Under the pieces are notes generated by a model. It had not been told where the DNA came from. It saw only the letters and a program-made list of their open reading frames with translations, and ran no database searches. Position numbers and translations under genes: made by a program. From Deltaproteobacteria bacterium (GTDB taxonomy: Bacteria > Desulfobacterota > Desulfomonilia > UBA1062): a stretch of DNA of 64,000 bases. Shown piece after piece: positions 1 to 10,060 of the stretch (position 1 is its first letter; every line of letters begins with the position of its first letter). The stretch lies in contig JAHDOV010000003.1 of NCBI GenBank assembly GCA_018434685.1, forward strand, positions 28,302 to 92,301, in the 5' to 3' direction.

Positions 1-75
1 CCCGCTCATGAGACAGATCATGACCGATCTGGAAGAAGTGGATAACAGACAATTATCGGTCTAGGGGGTGAAGTA

Positions 76-999
76 TTGAAGGCAGTCCTCGTCACGGGAG
101 ATCATATCGATGAACAGATGGTGTCTGTTTTCTCCGAGGTCTTCGATTCGGTACAGGTCATCCAGGGCAGGGAGGATATCGTCTCGCTCATCTACATGGA
201 TCCGCCCGATGTTATCCTCATGGACCGTTCGTACCTGCTCGAACATGACAGCCGCGTTGTCCAGGAATTCAGGAGCAATACCATCTACGGCCACCTGCCC
301 ATAGTTGGGATCTATGCGGAAGAGGATCTCCCGGCCATAGCCCTGGGCGATGTTCCCCTCGATGATTTTATCCTCTCGACAGACAGCGATCAAGCCATCA
401 AGACGCGGCTGGGGTTTATTTCACAACGTTCGGGCAGGGAGCAGGATACCAATCCGCTCACGAGACTGCCCGGCAATGAATCCATTATCCGCACGATCCA
501 GGAGATGCTCGATGCGGGCAGCGAGATAGCCATTGCCTGGGGGGATATCGACCATTTCAAGCCGTACAACGACCGGTACGGCTTTTCACGGGGCGACGAG
601 GTGCTCCTGGCAACCGCCCGGATCATCACCAATTCGGTCAGAGAGATACAGTGCGGGGGGACCTTCGTAGGACATGTGGGGGGTGATGATTTCGTGTTTA
701 TCTGCCCCATTGGAAGCATCCGGGCACTGTGCGAGGAGATCATTTCACGCTTCGATATGGTGATCAGGAATTTTTACAATGACGAGGACCTGGAGCAGGG
801 CGGCATCATTTCCACGGGCAGAGGCGGCGAAACCAGGAAGTTCCCGGTCATGAGCATATCGCTTGCCGTGGTCTTGAATGAGGCGGGCCGCTACCGGCAC
901 TACGGGCATGCATCGCAGGATGCCTCGGAGATCAAGCGCTACGTAAAGGGAATCGAGGGCAGCAACTACATGATAGACAGAAGGGGAAAGAAGAAGTGA
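76..999 (+). CDS. Response-regulator receiver domain fused to GGDEF-family domain (variant GGDDF motif)
   Basis: The N-terminus is a REC-like fold with a phospho-acceptor-like Asp in DVILMD. The C-terminus has the GGDEF signature DIDHFKPYNDRYG...GDEVL and HVGGDDFVF (GGDDF instead of GG[DE]EF). TTG start with GGGGG upstream. Confidence 0.7.
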   Translation: MKAVLVTGDHIDEQMVSVFSEVFDSVQVIQGREDIVSLIYMDPPDVILMDRSYLLEHDSRVVQEFRSNTIYGHLPIVGIYAEEDLPAIALGDVPLDDFILSTDSDQAIKTRLGFISQRSGREQDTNPLTRLPGNESIIRTIQEMLDAGSEIAIAWGDIDHFKPYNDRYGFSRGDEVLLATARIITNSVREIQCGGTFVGHVGGDDFVFICPIGSIRALCEEIISRFDMVIRNFYNDEDLEQGGIISTGRGGETRKFPVMSISLAVVLNEAGRYRHYGHASQDASEIKRYVKGIEGSNYMIDRRGKKK

Positions 1000-2291
1000 T
1001 ATCAAGATACACCAGAAAAGAGATGGAACGGATCTGGTCCGATGAAAACAGGTACCAGAAATGGCTCGATGTCGAAGTGGCGGCCTGCGGGGCCTGGGCG
1101 CTCCTCGGCAAGATCCCGGCGGCGAGCATCGAAAATATCCGGAGGAATGCCCGGTTCACCGTGGAGCGCATCGATGAGATCGAGGCGGTAACCAGGCATG
1201 ATGTCATTGCCTTTGTCTCCTGCGTCGGCGAGTATGTGGGGGATGACGCCCGGTACATCCACATGGGCCTCACCTCCTCCGATGTGCTGGATACGGCGTA
1301 TGCCCTCCTGCTGCGGGAGAGCAGCGTCATCATCCTCGACGATATCAGGGCGCTCATGACCTCGCTCAGGGAAAAGGCGCTCCAGTACAAATACACGCCC
1401 GAGATGGGGAGATCTCACGGGATTCATGCGGAACCGATCACCTTCGGGCTGAAATTCGCGCTGTGGTATGCCGAGATGGAGCGGAACCTGAAGCGGATGG
1501 AAGACGCCATGGACGTGATCTCCTACGGCAAGATATCCGGTGCCGTGGGGACCTTTGCGAATGTCCCCCCCGAGGTGGAGGAATACGTATGCAGCACGCT
1601 CGGGCTCAAGCCTGCCCCCATCAGCACGCAGGTACTCCAGCGGGATCGGCATGCGCAATTCTTCACGACGCTGGCAATCATCGGTGCGACGCTCGAAAAG
1701 ATCGCCACCGAAGTGCGGCACCTCCAGCGCACCGAGGTGCTCGAGGCCATGGAGCCGTTCGGGAAAGGTCAGAAGGGCTCATCGGCCATGCCGCACAAGA
1801 AGAACCCCATTCTCTCGGAAAATATCACGGGCATGGCGCGGCTCCTGAGGGGCTATAGCCTCTCGGCGATGGAGAACGTGGCGCTCTGGCACGAGAGGGA
1901 TATCAGCCATTCGAGCGTCGAGCGGGTAATCGGTCCCGACGCCACGACGATCCTCGATTTTTCGCTCAAGAGAATGCAGTCAGTCATAGACGGCCTAGTC
2001 GTCTATCCCGAGAATATGGAGAGAAACATCAATCTCACCAAAGGATTGTGGCACTCCCAGGCCGTGCTCCTGGCGCTGGTAGAAAAGGGCATCGCCAGAG
2101 ACGAGGCGTATCGGTGGGTACAGCGCAATGCCCTCGAGGTATGGGAAAACAAGGGAGATTTTCAGGCCCTCCTCAAAGAAGACGAGGATGTCGTCACGGT
2201 CCTCGGCCAGGAGGGGCTTGAGAAGGTCTTTGACATCTCCCACCATCTTTCCTATGTAGACGTAATTTTTGAAAGGGTTTTTCATGAATAA
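996..2291 (+). CDS. purB: Adenylosuccinate lyase
   Basis: Full-length match to the PurB/fumarate-lyase family, including the GSSAMPHKKNP signature loop. Its 4-nt overlap with the upstream ORF suggests an operon. Confidence 0.93.
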   Translation: MISRYTRKEMERIWSDENRYQKWLDVEVAACGAWALLGKIPAASIENIRRNARFTVERIDEIEAVTRHDVIAFVSCVGEYVGDDARYIHMGLTSSDVLDTAYALLLRESSVIILDDIRALMTSLREKALQYKYTPEMGRSHGIHAEPITFGLKFALWYAEMERNLKRMEDAMDVISYGKISGAVGTFANVPPEVEEYVCSTLGLKPAPISTQVLQRDRHAQFFTTLAIIGATLEKIATEVRHLQRTEVLEAMEPFGKGQKGSSAMPHKKNPILSENITGMARLLRGYSLSAMENVALWHERDISHSSVERVIGPDATTILDFSLKRMQSVIDGLVVYPENMERNINLTKGLWHSQAVLLALVEKGIARDEAYRWVQRNALEVWENKGDFQALLKEDEDVVTVLGQEGLEKVFDISHHLSYVDVIFERVFHE

Positions 2292-2817
2292 GATCGATGA
2301 ACTCAGAGAACTTATCAAAAAGGATGCAGTAAAGCACGGTAAATTTATCCTCGCCTCGGGCCGGGAGTCGGATCTCTATGTGGACCTGCGCAAGGTGACG
2401 CTCAACCCCAAGGGGGCGTTCCTCATTGGGTCCATCATTGTTGATATGATAAAGGAACGGCCTGTGGATGCTATCGGCGGGATGTCTCTCGGTGCAGATC
2501 CCATAGCCGTTGCCTCGAGCCTGATCGCATACCAGGCAGGCCGCACCATCAACGCGTTTCTCGTACGGAAGGGCAAGAAGGACCACGGTACGAAAAACAT
2601 GATCGAAGGCCCCTTTGCTGCAGGACAGCGGGTCGTGGTCGTGGAGGATGTCATGACAACCGGCTCCAGCACCATCACGGCAATAGAGCACATCGAGGAG
2701 GCGGGCATGGTGGTCGAAATGGTCATCGGGGTTTTGGACCGGTCCGAGGGGGGGCGCGAGGCCATTGAAAGGCTCGGCTACGAGGTCCATGCCATATTAG
2801 AACGAAAAGACCTGTGA
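2269..2817 (+). CDS. pyrE: Orotate phosphoribosyltransferase
   Basis: PRTase motif VVVVEDVMTTGSS and PyrE-like overall length. The start may be the second Met at 2284. Confidence 0.9.
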   Translation: MKGFFMNKIDELRELIKKDAVKHGKFILASGRESDLYVDLRKVTLNPKGAFLIGSIIVDMIKERPVDAIGGMSLGADPIAVASSLIAYQAGRTINAFLVRKGKKDHGTKNMIEGPFAAGQRVVVVEDVMTTGSSTITAIEHIEEAGMVVEMVIGVLDRSEGGREAIERLGYEVHAILERKDL

Positions 2818-2873
2818 GGTGTGATGACCAGGCAGGGATCAGGTAACCGCACCTTCATCGAAGACATCTCCTG

Positions 2874-3572
2874 GTGGTTGCCCGTGGGGAGGCATGCATG
2901 AAGAAGCGAGAGGCGTACCAGATCATCATCATGCGACCGACCGGGGAAAGACCGGTGATGACCCTGCGGGCATTCTGGGTCAGGCTGCTCATCGGATTCA
3001 TCGCGGCCTTGTGTTTCTGCCTGGTTGCGGCTGGTGTCTGGCTCGTCGATACCCGCCTGACAGTCCGTGAGCAGGGCCGGATAATCGCCATGCAGTCAGG
3101 AGAGCTCAGGGACGCCAATATTCTCCTGACCCAGAAGGACGAGGAGATCATATCGCTGAAAACGAAGATCAGCATGACCATAACCCACAACGCCCCGCCG
3201 GTTCTCGAGACAAAGCCCGTGCCCGAGTTGCACCCGCCCATCGTGGAGATCAGCGAGGTCGCTCTGTCGGGTGGCCGCCTGACCTGCAGGATCGCGAACC
3301 TTAAGGCGCAAGACTCAGGGGTTGCGCAGGGATACTTTTTTGCGGTATTCAAGGCCGGGCAGGAGTATGCGTGTTACCCATCCGCAACGCTCAGCGAGGG
3401 GATGCCTGATGTGAAAAAAATGGGGCAGCAGTTCTCGATCAAGAACTATAAGCCCATGAGCATCGAGATTCCCTCTTCCACCAGGGACTGGAAGTCTGTG
3501 ACCTTCTATGTCTTTGACGACGAAGAGAAGATGCGGCTTGCCATGCCCGTCAGGCGCGAACAGATCCAGTAG
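2874..3572 (+). CDS. Hypothetical membrane-anchored protein (single N-terminal TM helix)
   Basis: 232-aa ORF in a coding-dense context, with the hydrophobic helix LLIGFIAALCFCLVAAGVWLV. No recognisable catalytic motifs. Confidence 0.5.
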   Translation: MVARGEACMKKREAYQIIIMRPTGERPVMTLRAFWVRLLIGFIAALCFCLVAAGVWLVDTRLTVREQGRIIAMQSGELRDANILLTQKDEEIISLKTKISMTITHNAPPVLETKPVPELHPPIVEISEVALSGGRLTCRIANLKAQDSGVAQGYFFAVFKAGQEYACYPSATLSEGMPDVKKMGQQFSIKNYKPMSIEIPSSTRDWKSVTFYVFDDEEKMRLAMPVRREQIQ

Positions 3573-3626
3573 GAGCAAAGACCAATAGCCATCAGTCCCT
3601 CCTGATTGATGTAAAGGAATGAAGGT

Positions 3627-4697
3627 ATGTATTTCCTGGCAATTGAGACCTCATGTGACGAAACGGCCGCGGCAGTGGTGACCGAGAGGGGAGAAATTCT
3701 CTCGAATGTCGTGGCGAGCCAGATCGCGGACCACGCCGTATTCGGCGGGGTGGTGCCGGAGATCGCCTCGAGGCGGCATGTCGAGCTCATAGGGCCGGTG
3801 GTGACCGAGGCCCTGGCAGAAGCGGGCATAAAGCGCCACGGCCTCGGGGGAATCGCCGTAACCCAGGGCCCCGGGCTGGTGGGGGCCCTGCTCGTGGGGA
3901 TCTCCTTTGCGAAGGCGCTCGCGTGGGGATTGAACATACCGCTGTGCGGGATAAACCACCTGGAGGGGCACCTCTGCGCCGCAACGATCGGCCACGAGGT
4001 CAGATATCCCCATATCGGCATGGTGGTATCCGGCGGACATACCTCGCTCTACCGGATCGATTCACCCGAGGAGATCGTGCAGATCGGGCAGACCCTCGAT
4101 GATGCGGCAGGAGAGGCGTTTGACAAGGTGGCCAAGCTGTTGGGGCTGGGTTATCCCGGTGGGGTTGTTATCGAGAGGATCTCCAAGGGTGTGGATCACC
4201 ATGAAATCGAACTCCCCCGTCCCATGATGAATGACGAGGGCTACGATTTCAGCTTCTCCGGGCTGAAGACCGCCGTGCTCAACCGCGTTATCAGGGAGGA
4301 GGTCTTCCCCGATATGGATCTGAGGTTTTCAGGACTGCCCGGGGGAAAGACCCCTGCTCCAGGCAAGGAAGACCTTGTTCTCAAGATCGCTGCTGCATTC
4401 CAGGAGGCAGTGGTCGACGTGCTCGTTGCCAAGGCAATAAAGGCGGTGAAGGATCACCAAAGGGACCTCCTCGTGGTGGCAGGCGGGGTGGCGAGCAATA
4501 CGGCACTGAGGACGAGGCTCCAGGCAAGGGCCGAGGAAGAGGGGATCGATCTGGTCATCCCCGAGAGGAAATACTGCACCGACAATGCAGCCATGATCGG
4601 CATGGCGAGTATCAGACACTTCCGGCAGGGCCGGTATGCGCCGCTCGACATGAACGCCCTGTCGAGGTGGTATTCGATTACAAAAAACCAGGACTGA
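3627..4697 (+). CDS. tsaD: tRNA N6-adenosine threonylcarbamoyltransferase (Kae1/TsaD family)
   Basis: N-terminus LAIETSCDETAAAV and the His-pair metal site region GINHLEGHL are typical of TsaD/Gcp. Confidence 0.92.
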   Translation: MYFLAIETSCDETAAAVVTERGEILSNVVASQIADHAVFGGVVPEIASRRHVELIGPVVTEALAEAGIKRHGLGGIAVTQGPGLVGALLVGISFAKALAWGLNIPLCGINHLEGHLCAATIGHEVRYPHIGMVVSGGHTSLYRIDSPEEIVQIGQTLDDAAGEAFDKVAKLLGLGYPGGVVIERISKGVDHHEIELPRPMMNDEGYDFSFSGLKTAVLNRVIREEVFPDMDLRFSGLPGGKTPAPGKEDLVLKIAAAFQEAVVDVLVAKAIKAVKDHQRDLLVVAGGVASNTALRTRLQARAEEEGIDLVIPERKYCTDNAAMIGMASIRHFRQGRYAPLDMNALSRWYSITKNQD

Positions 4698-4764
4698 GAA
4701 CCGAGGCATCCCCCCGGGGAACTACCCGGATACCGGGGAAAAACGGGATACGAGGAATGAGATC

Positions 4765-5562
4765 ATGATGGCAAAACGTTCGCTCGGGCAGAACTTTCTC
4801 CAGAACCCCGGCATCGTGAGGAAGATCGCCGAGTTTGCCGACCTGGTGCCGGGAGACCGTGTGCTCGAGATCGGCCCCGGGCGAGGGATCCTCACCAGGG
4901 AGATCGTCGGAACGGTGTCGAGCATGATCGCCATCGAAAAGGACGATCAGCTCTTTGATGAACTCCGGGAGATGTTTCACGATGAGGACCGGCTCACGCT
5001 CGTTCACGGGGATATCCTGGAGTACGATCTTTCCCGGCTGATCGTGCCCGGAACCAAGATCGTCGCAAACCTGCCGTACAATATCGCCTCGCAGCTGATC
5101 ATCCGCCTCACCGATTATGCCGACCGGCTCTCATCGATCGTGGTCATGGTGCAACGGGAGGTCGCTGAGAGAATCTGCTCGCGCACCGGGGAGAAGGAGT
5201 ATTCCGCCCTTTCGGTCCTGGTCTCGGCTGCCTTCGATACCATGGCGGGCTTCACCGTGGGGCCGAACAATTTCATCCCCCGTCCCAAGGTGGATTCGCA
5301 GGTGATCAAGCTGCTCCCCGCGGATGACCCTGTTCCGGGCGGACAGCGGGCCATGTTCAAAAGGGTGGTGTTCCAGGCCTTCAGCCAGCGCAGGAAGATG
5401 CTCAGAAACTCGCTGCTGGGCCTTGCCGGTATGGAGAGAGGGCTTCTGGACGATCTTGCCCGCGAGGCACAGATCGATCTGATCAAGCGTCCCCAGGATC
5501 TTTCCCCCCATGACTACCGCCGCCTGAGCATCTCCTACCAGCGATTCCAGGACCGCCGATAA
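4765..5562 (+). CDS. rsmA: 16S rRNA (adenine1518/1519-N6)-dimethyltransferase
   Basis: KsgA motifs SLGQNFL and the SAM-binding LEIGPGRGILT. Confidence 0.92.
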   Translation: MMAKRSLGQNFLQNPGIVRKIAEFADLVPGDRVLEIGPGRGILTREIVGTVSSMIAIEKDDQLFDELREMFHDEDRLTLVHGDILEYDLSRLIVPGTKIVANLPYNIASQLIIRLTDYADRLSSIVVMVQREVAERICSRTGEKEYSALSVLVSAAFDTMAGFTVGPNNFIPRPKVDSQVIKLLPADDPVPGGQRAMFKRVVFQAFSQRRKMLRNSLLGLAGMERGLLDDLAREAQIDLIKRPQDLSPHDYRRLSISYQRFQDRR

Positions 5563-5755
5563 CCGGACACGGACGGGTTACCGGAGAGTAACCAGGATTA
5601 CAAACCGATGGTAATCTCAGTTACAAGCCGGTAACCGGTGTAACCGCCGAAATTTAGTCGCCCAGCCTTTATAATTCATCAACATACTGAAAACACTTAA
5701 TAAATTATAATTTTAAGACGTGTCACATATTTGGCACCAGCCTTGCCTTATAGAC

Positions 5756-5786
5756 CCCCAGATCGGAACAACGATCTGGGGGGTAT
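5756..5786 (+). promoter_or_regulatory. 11-bp-stem hairpin overlapping the SD/GTG start of the protease gene
   Basis: CCCCCAGATCG-gaacaa-CGATCTGGGGGG lies immediately before the GTG start at 5790. Its 3' arm contains the G-rich ribosome-binding region. Confidence 0.4.
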
Positions 5787-5789
5787 AGG

Positions 5790-7151
5790 GTGAAAGACTT
5801 TAGAGCAACGCTTATCGGACTCGTGGTATTCAGTCTCGTCAGTGTACCGGCATTTCCGGCCGAGTATAAACCCGACGAGGTCATTGTGAAGTTCAAATCG
5901 GATCATCCCCTGACTGCTTCCATGGTGAGAGGTGACGAGAACCGGGCCATGACCGTTGCCGTGGACGACGCCCAGGAGGCAATCCGGACGCTCGAGACCA
6001 TGGAGGGTGTAGAGTATGTCGAGCCCAACTATGTGATCGAGGCGGAGAGCATACCCAATGACTGGCCGTATGAAAACAGCGAGTGGGAAGATACCGGTCT
6101 GCCCGGGGCCTGGGATCTCGTCGAGGAAGCCGGTCCCGGTTCCCAGGTGATTGTCGCGGTCATCGATTCCGGGGTCGATCTCGATCATCCGGAACTCGAG
6201 GACATCCTGATCTCGGGATACGATTTCGCGAACAACGATGCCGTCCCCGAGGATGACACCGGGCATGGCACCAGGGTCTGCGGCATACTCGGTGCCCTGG
6301 GAGATAATCTCTCAGGCATCGCGGGGGTCGCCTGGAACTGCGATATCGTTATCATGCCCCTGAAGTTCATGAAGAATAACGACGGCAAGACAACGGGGAG
6401 TCTCTCCGATGCCATCGACGCCATCTACTATGCCGTTGATCACGGGGCGGATGTCATAAATGCGAGCTGGGGCTTCTACTCCTACTCCGGGTCGCTGGAG
6501 GAGGCAGTCCGCTACGCCCGCGACCATGGGGTATTGTTCATTGCCTCTGCCGGCAATAAAGCCCAGGACAACGACACGAACGACCACTACCCGTCGAATT
6601 ACCCGTTGGACAACATCATCGCCGTAGCCGCCATGAACCGCTACAATGATCTCGCGTCGTTCTCGAACTATGGAGAGAACAGCGTGGATATCGCCGCACC
6701 GGGCGACGGCCTCAAAACCACGGATCTTGGGGGAGGCTATGCGAGCTGGGTATCGGGAACCTCGTTTGCGACCCCTTTTGTCACCGGGGTTGCAGCCATG
6801 ATGATCTCGCAGTTTCCGGATCTGGACTATCTTTCGGTTCGGGTTGCCCTGCTCGATGCCGCGGTGCTCGATGCGGGTTACAGCGAGAGGCTCCTTGAGA
6901 GCGGCGGGTGTGTAAATGCATACAATGCACTCCTGGCAGAGGAAGACGCGGATGTCTTTTCCAGGGCCTCGAGTGCTTCGGCCCAGTCTGATCCCACAGG
7001 GACAGGTTCTCAGGTCAGTGGCGAATCAGGAGGAGGCGGGGGCGGCTGCATGATCGAAAGCACGAGAAATGCAGGCAATGCCGCCGGTATGGTCATCTCC
7101 CTTATGTTGATAGTCTTGTTCCCCATGTTGCGCGCGAAACATCGGGAATAA
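5790..7151 (+). CDS. Secreted subtilisin-like serine protease (peptidase S8) with C-terminal Gly-rich/Cys-TM-basic tail
   Basis: Signal peptide, catalytic D (VIDSGVD), H (HGTRV) and S (GTSFATPFV) blocks. The tail is GGGGGGC followed by a hydrophobic helix and RAKHRE. Confidence 0.9.
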   Translation: MKDFRATLIGLVVFSLVSVPAFPAEYKPDEVIVKFKSDHPLTASMVRGDENRAMTVAVDDAQEAIRTLETMEGVEYVEPNYVIEAESIPNDWPYENSEWEDTGLPGAWDLVEEAGPGSQVIVAVIDSGVDLDHPELEDILISGYDFANNDAVPEDDTGHGTRVCGILGALGDNLSGIAGVAWNCDIVIMPLKFMKNNDGKTTGSLSDAIDAIYYAVDHGADVINASWGFYSYSGSLEEAVRYARDHGVLFIASAGNKAQDNDTNDHYPSNYPLDNIIAVAAMNRYNDLASFSNYGENSVDIAAPGDGLKTTDLGGGYASWVSGTSFATPFVTGVAAMMISQFPDLDYLSVRVALLDAAVLDAGYSERLLESGGCVNAYNALLAEEDADVFSRASSASAQSDPTGTGSQVSGESGGGGGGCMIESTRNAGNAAGMVISLMLIVLFPMLRAKHRE

Positions 7152-7157
7152 CCTATA

Positions 7158-7205
7158 CCCCTGCCCCCCCTTTCACCAAGGGGGGGCAAACCCCATATTT
7201 TTTTT
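7158..7205. terminator. Bidirectional intrinsic terminator between convergent genes
   Basis: GC hairpin TGCCCCCCC-tttcaccaa-GGGGGGGCA followed by a T-run (TATTTTTTTT). Confidence 0.7.
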
Positions 7206-7206
7206 A

Positions 7207-8496
7207 TCAGACAGCCTCGATCGCCATTGCCATGCCCTGACCGCCGCCTATACACAGTGTGGCAAGGCCGAGTTCGACCCCGCGTCGCTTCATCTCGTTG
7301 GCCAGTGCGACGATAATCCGTGCGCCGGAGCACCCGATGGGGTGGCCGATGGAAATGCCCGAGCCGTTCACGTTGGTGATGTCCCATGCCATACCGAGTT
7401 CCCTCATGCAGGCAATGGCCTGGGATGAAAAGGCCTCATTGAGCTCAATGAGGCCGTAATCCTTGATGCTGGTCCCGGTGATCCGGAAGAGCTTCCTCGT
7501 TGCCGGGATCGGGCCGAGACCCATATAGGCAGGATCAACTCCGCCTGATGCATAGCCCTTGATCCTTACGATCGGGGTAAGGCCGAGCTCTTTTGCCCTG
7601 TCTTCGCTCATGAGCAGGCATGCGGCAGCGGCATCGTTGATCCCCGAGGCATTTCCTGCCGTGACTGTCCCGTCTTTCTTGAAGGCGGGTTTGAGCTTCG
7701 CCATCTTTTCGATGGAGGTGTCCATGGGGCGCTCATCGGTATCGAATATGACCGGGTCGCCCTTTTTCTGGGGGATGACAACCGGGACGATCTCGTCTCT
7801 CAATATGCCTTTGCTGATGGCTGCCCGGGCACGAAGGTGACTCTCGTAGGCGAGTTTGTCCTGTTCTTCCCTCGATATGCCGTATTTCTCGGCAATATTC
7901 TCAGCAGTGATGCCCATGTGGTAACCGTAGAAGATCTCGTAGAGACCGTCGAACACCATGAGGTCCATGGTCTTGCCGAAGGGCATGTCCATGCGGTGGC
8001 CCCAGCGCGCATTGGGCAGTGCAATGGGGGCATCGCTCATGTTCTCCATGCCGCCGGCAATCACGATGTCGTTATCGCCGGCCCTGATGCTAGAGGCAGC
8101 CAGGGCAAGGGCCTTCATGCCGGATGCACAGATCTTGTTCACGGTCAGGGCGGTTGTCTCCTTGGGCAGGCCTGCCCGGATCATGGCCTGACGAGCGGAA
8201 TTCTGCCCCTGTCCTGCCTGGACAACATTTCCCATGATTACTTCATCGACGCTCACCTTCTTGAGGTCATCTTTCCAGTCATAATACTTCTCCTCAATGG
8301 GCGAGAGCCCCACGTTTTTAAAGGTGTCCGGTGCCTCAGTTCCTGCATGGGCAGGCATATCGGGACAGAGACCGCTTTTCAGCAAGGTCTCGCGAATTAC
8401 CAGTGCCCCCAGATCCTTTGCGGGTACCGATTTCAGAGATCCGCCAAATGAACCCACTGCTGTTCTTACGCTGCTTACAATAACTACGTTGGACAT
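7207..8496 (-). CDS. Acetyl-CoA C-acetyltransferase (thiolase II)
   Basis: MSNVVIVSSVRTAVGSFGG N-terminus with the active-site Cys region. C-terminal HPIGCSGARI and CIGGGQGMA are thiolase signatures. Start moved to the internal Met after a GGAGGGG RBS. Confidence 0.9.
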   Translation of the reverse strand: MSNVVIVSSVRTAVGSFGGSLKSVPAKDLGALVIRETLLKSGLCPDMPAHAGTEAPDTFKNVGLSPIEEKYYDWKDDLKKVSVDEVIMGNVVQAGQGQNSARQAMIRAGLPKETTALTVNKICASGMKALALAASSIRAGDNDIVIAGGMENMSDAPIALPNARWGHRMDMPFGKTMDLMVFDGLYEIFYGYHMGITAENIAEKYGISREEQDKLAYESHLRARAAISKGILRDEIVPVVIPQKKGDPVIFDTDERPMDTSIEKMAKLKPAFKKDGTVTAGNASGINDAAAACLLMSEDRAKELGLTPIVRIKGYASGGVDPAYMGLGPIPATRKLFRITGTSIKDYGLIELNEAFSSQAIACMRELGMAWDITNVNGSGISIGHPIGCSGARIIVALANEMKRRGVELGLATLCIGGGQGMAMAIEAV

Positions 8497-8639
8497 AGAG
8501 CCCCTCCTTCTCTGCGTAATGGTCTGTCGAATTGAGTCAGGCAACACTATTTCACAATAGAGGGGTTAAGGCAAGAATGAATCGCGCCTCATTTTTATGG
8601 ATGTTCCAAGTCCTTGATTAACCCGGCACTTCGGTGTAA

Positions 8640-9527
8640 GTGTGCACTATGGATGGATGCCTTGATTCCTTCGTGAATCGGTATAAGATGTATCTCATGG
8701 ACCAGAAAGGCCTGTCGCCCGAGACATACCGGGCATATCTGGGCGATGTCGAGAATCTGCTCGCCTTCCTCGACAGACGCGGTGTCGACATCCCCGATCG
8801 CCTTGTCGTACGCTCATACCTGTCGAACCTCCACAGCCGCTACGACAGGTCCACCATCAACCGCAAGCTGAGCGCGATCAAGGGTTTTTTCGATTTTGTC
8901 ATGACCCAGGCCGACCTCAAGGTCAACCCCTTCTCGCACGTGAGATCGCTCAAGAAGAAAGAGGCCCTGCCCACGTTCTTAACCGCTGATGAGATGGTCG
9001 ATCTCATCGAAGCCACGGCCGACCTTCGCGACCGGGCGATCCTCGAGCTCCTCTATTCCACCGGGATCAGGGTGGGGGAGGTGGAGACCATGAACTGCAT
9101 GGACATGGACGTGAGAGCAGGCTTCATCATGGTGACCGGCAAGGGGTCCAAGCAGAGAAAGGTCCCGGTGGGGGACCGTGCCGTTGACGCTGTCCTGCGC
9201 TACCTCCACACGAGGGGCATCGACGACCCCATCTACTGCCCCGAACCGCTCTTTCTGAACACGCGGGGCAAGCGGCTCACCACCAGGAGCATCCGGCGCG
9301 TGGTAGAGAGGTGGTCCCAGTTCGTTGCGGTCAGCCGGCACGTGAGCCCGCATGTCATCCGGCATACCTTTGCAACCCACATGCTCGATGCCGGTGCAGA
9401 CCTGCGGTCGATCCAGGAGATGCTCGGCCATGCGAGCCTGTCCACGACCCAGCGGTACACGCATTTAACCCTGGACAAACTGATGGATGTGTATGATAAG
9501 GCTCATCCTAAGGCAAAGGAGGAGTGA
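8640..9527 (+). CDS. xerC: Tyrosine recombinase XerC
   Basis: C-terminal catalytic region [38 protein letters not shown] (R-H-R-Y). Conserved xerC-hslV-hslU synteny. Confidence 0.9.
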   Translation: MCTMDGCLDSFVNRYKMYLMDQKGLSPETYRAYLGDVENLLAFLDRRGVDIPDRLVVRSYLSNLHSRYDRSTINRKLSAIKGFFDFVMTQADLKVNPFSHVRSLKKKEALPTFLTADEMVDLIEATADLRDRAILELLYSTGIRVGEVETMNCMDMDVRAGFIMVTGKGSKQRKVPVGDRAVDAVLRYLHTRGIDDPIYCPEPLFLNTRGKRLTTRSIRRVVERWSQFVAVSRHVSPHVIRHTFATHMLDAGADLRSIQEMLGHASLSTTQRYTHLTLDKLMDVYDKAHPKAKEE

Positions 9528-10060
9528 TGGAGATACGCGGAACCACAATACTCTGTGTGCGCAAGGCAGGGCACGTGGTGATTGCCGGCGATGGTCAGGT
9601 GACCATGAACAATACCGTGCTCAAGGCGAATGCCCGCAAGGTGAGAAAGATGCATGAAGACCAGGTGCTCGCCGGATTCGCCGGTTCGACATCCGATGCC
9701 CTGACCCTGTTCGAGCGGTTTGAAGCCAAGCTCAAGGAATACCGGGGGAATCTCACCCGTGCGGCAGTGGAGATGGGCAAGGACTGGCGAACCGACCGGG
9801 TCCTGAGGAAACTCGAGGCCCTCATGATCGTTGCCGATGCCTCGAAGACCTTTCTCCTGTCCGGCACCGGCGATGTGCTGGAGCCCGACGACGATGTGTG
9901 CGGTATCGGTTCGGGCGGAGACTATGCCGTTGCGGCTGCCAAGGCGCTGATCAGGTACACGGATTTTGGTGCCCGGGACGTGGCGGAAAAGGCCATGGGG
10001 ATTGCGTCGGATATCTGCATCTATACAAACAAAGCAATCATTTATGAGGAACTGTCATGA
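9524..10060 (+). CDS. hslV: ATP-dependent protease subunit HslV
   Basis: N-terminal Thr of TTILCVRK after Met-processing is proteasome-like. Overlaps hslU. Confidence 0.93.
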   Translation: MMEIRGTTILCVRKAGHVVIAGDGQVTMNNTVLKANARKVRKMHEDQVLAGFAGSTSDALTLFERFEAKLKEYRGNLTRAAVEMGKDWRTDRVLRKLEALMIVADASKTFLLSGTGDVLEPDDDVCGIGSGGDYAVAAAKALIRYTDFGARDVAEKAMGIASDICIYTNKAIIYEELS

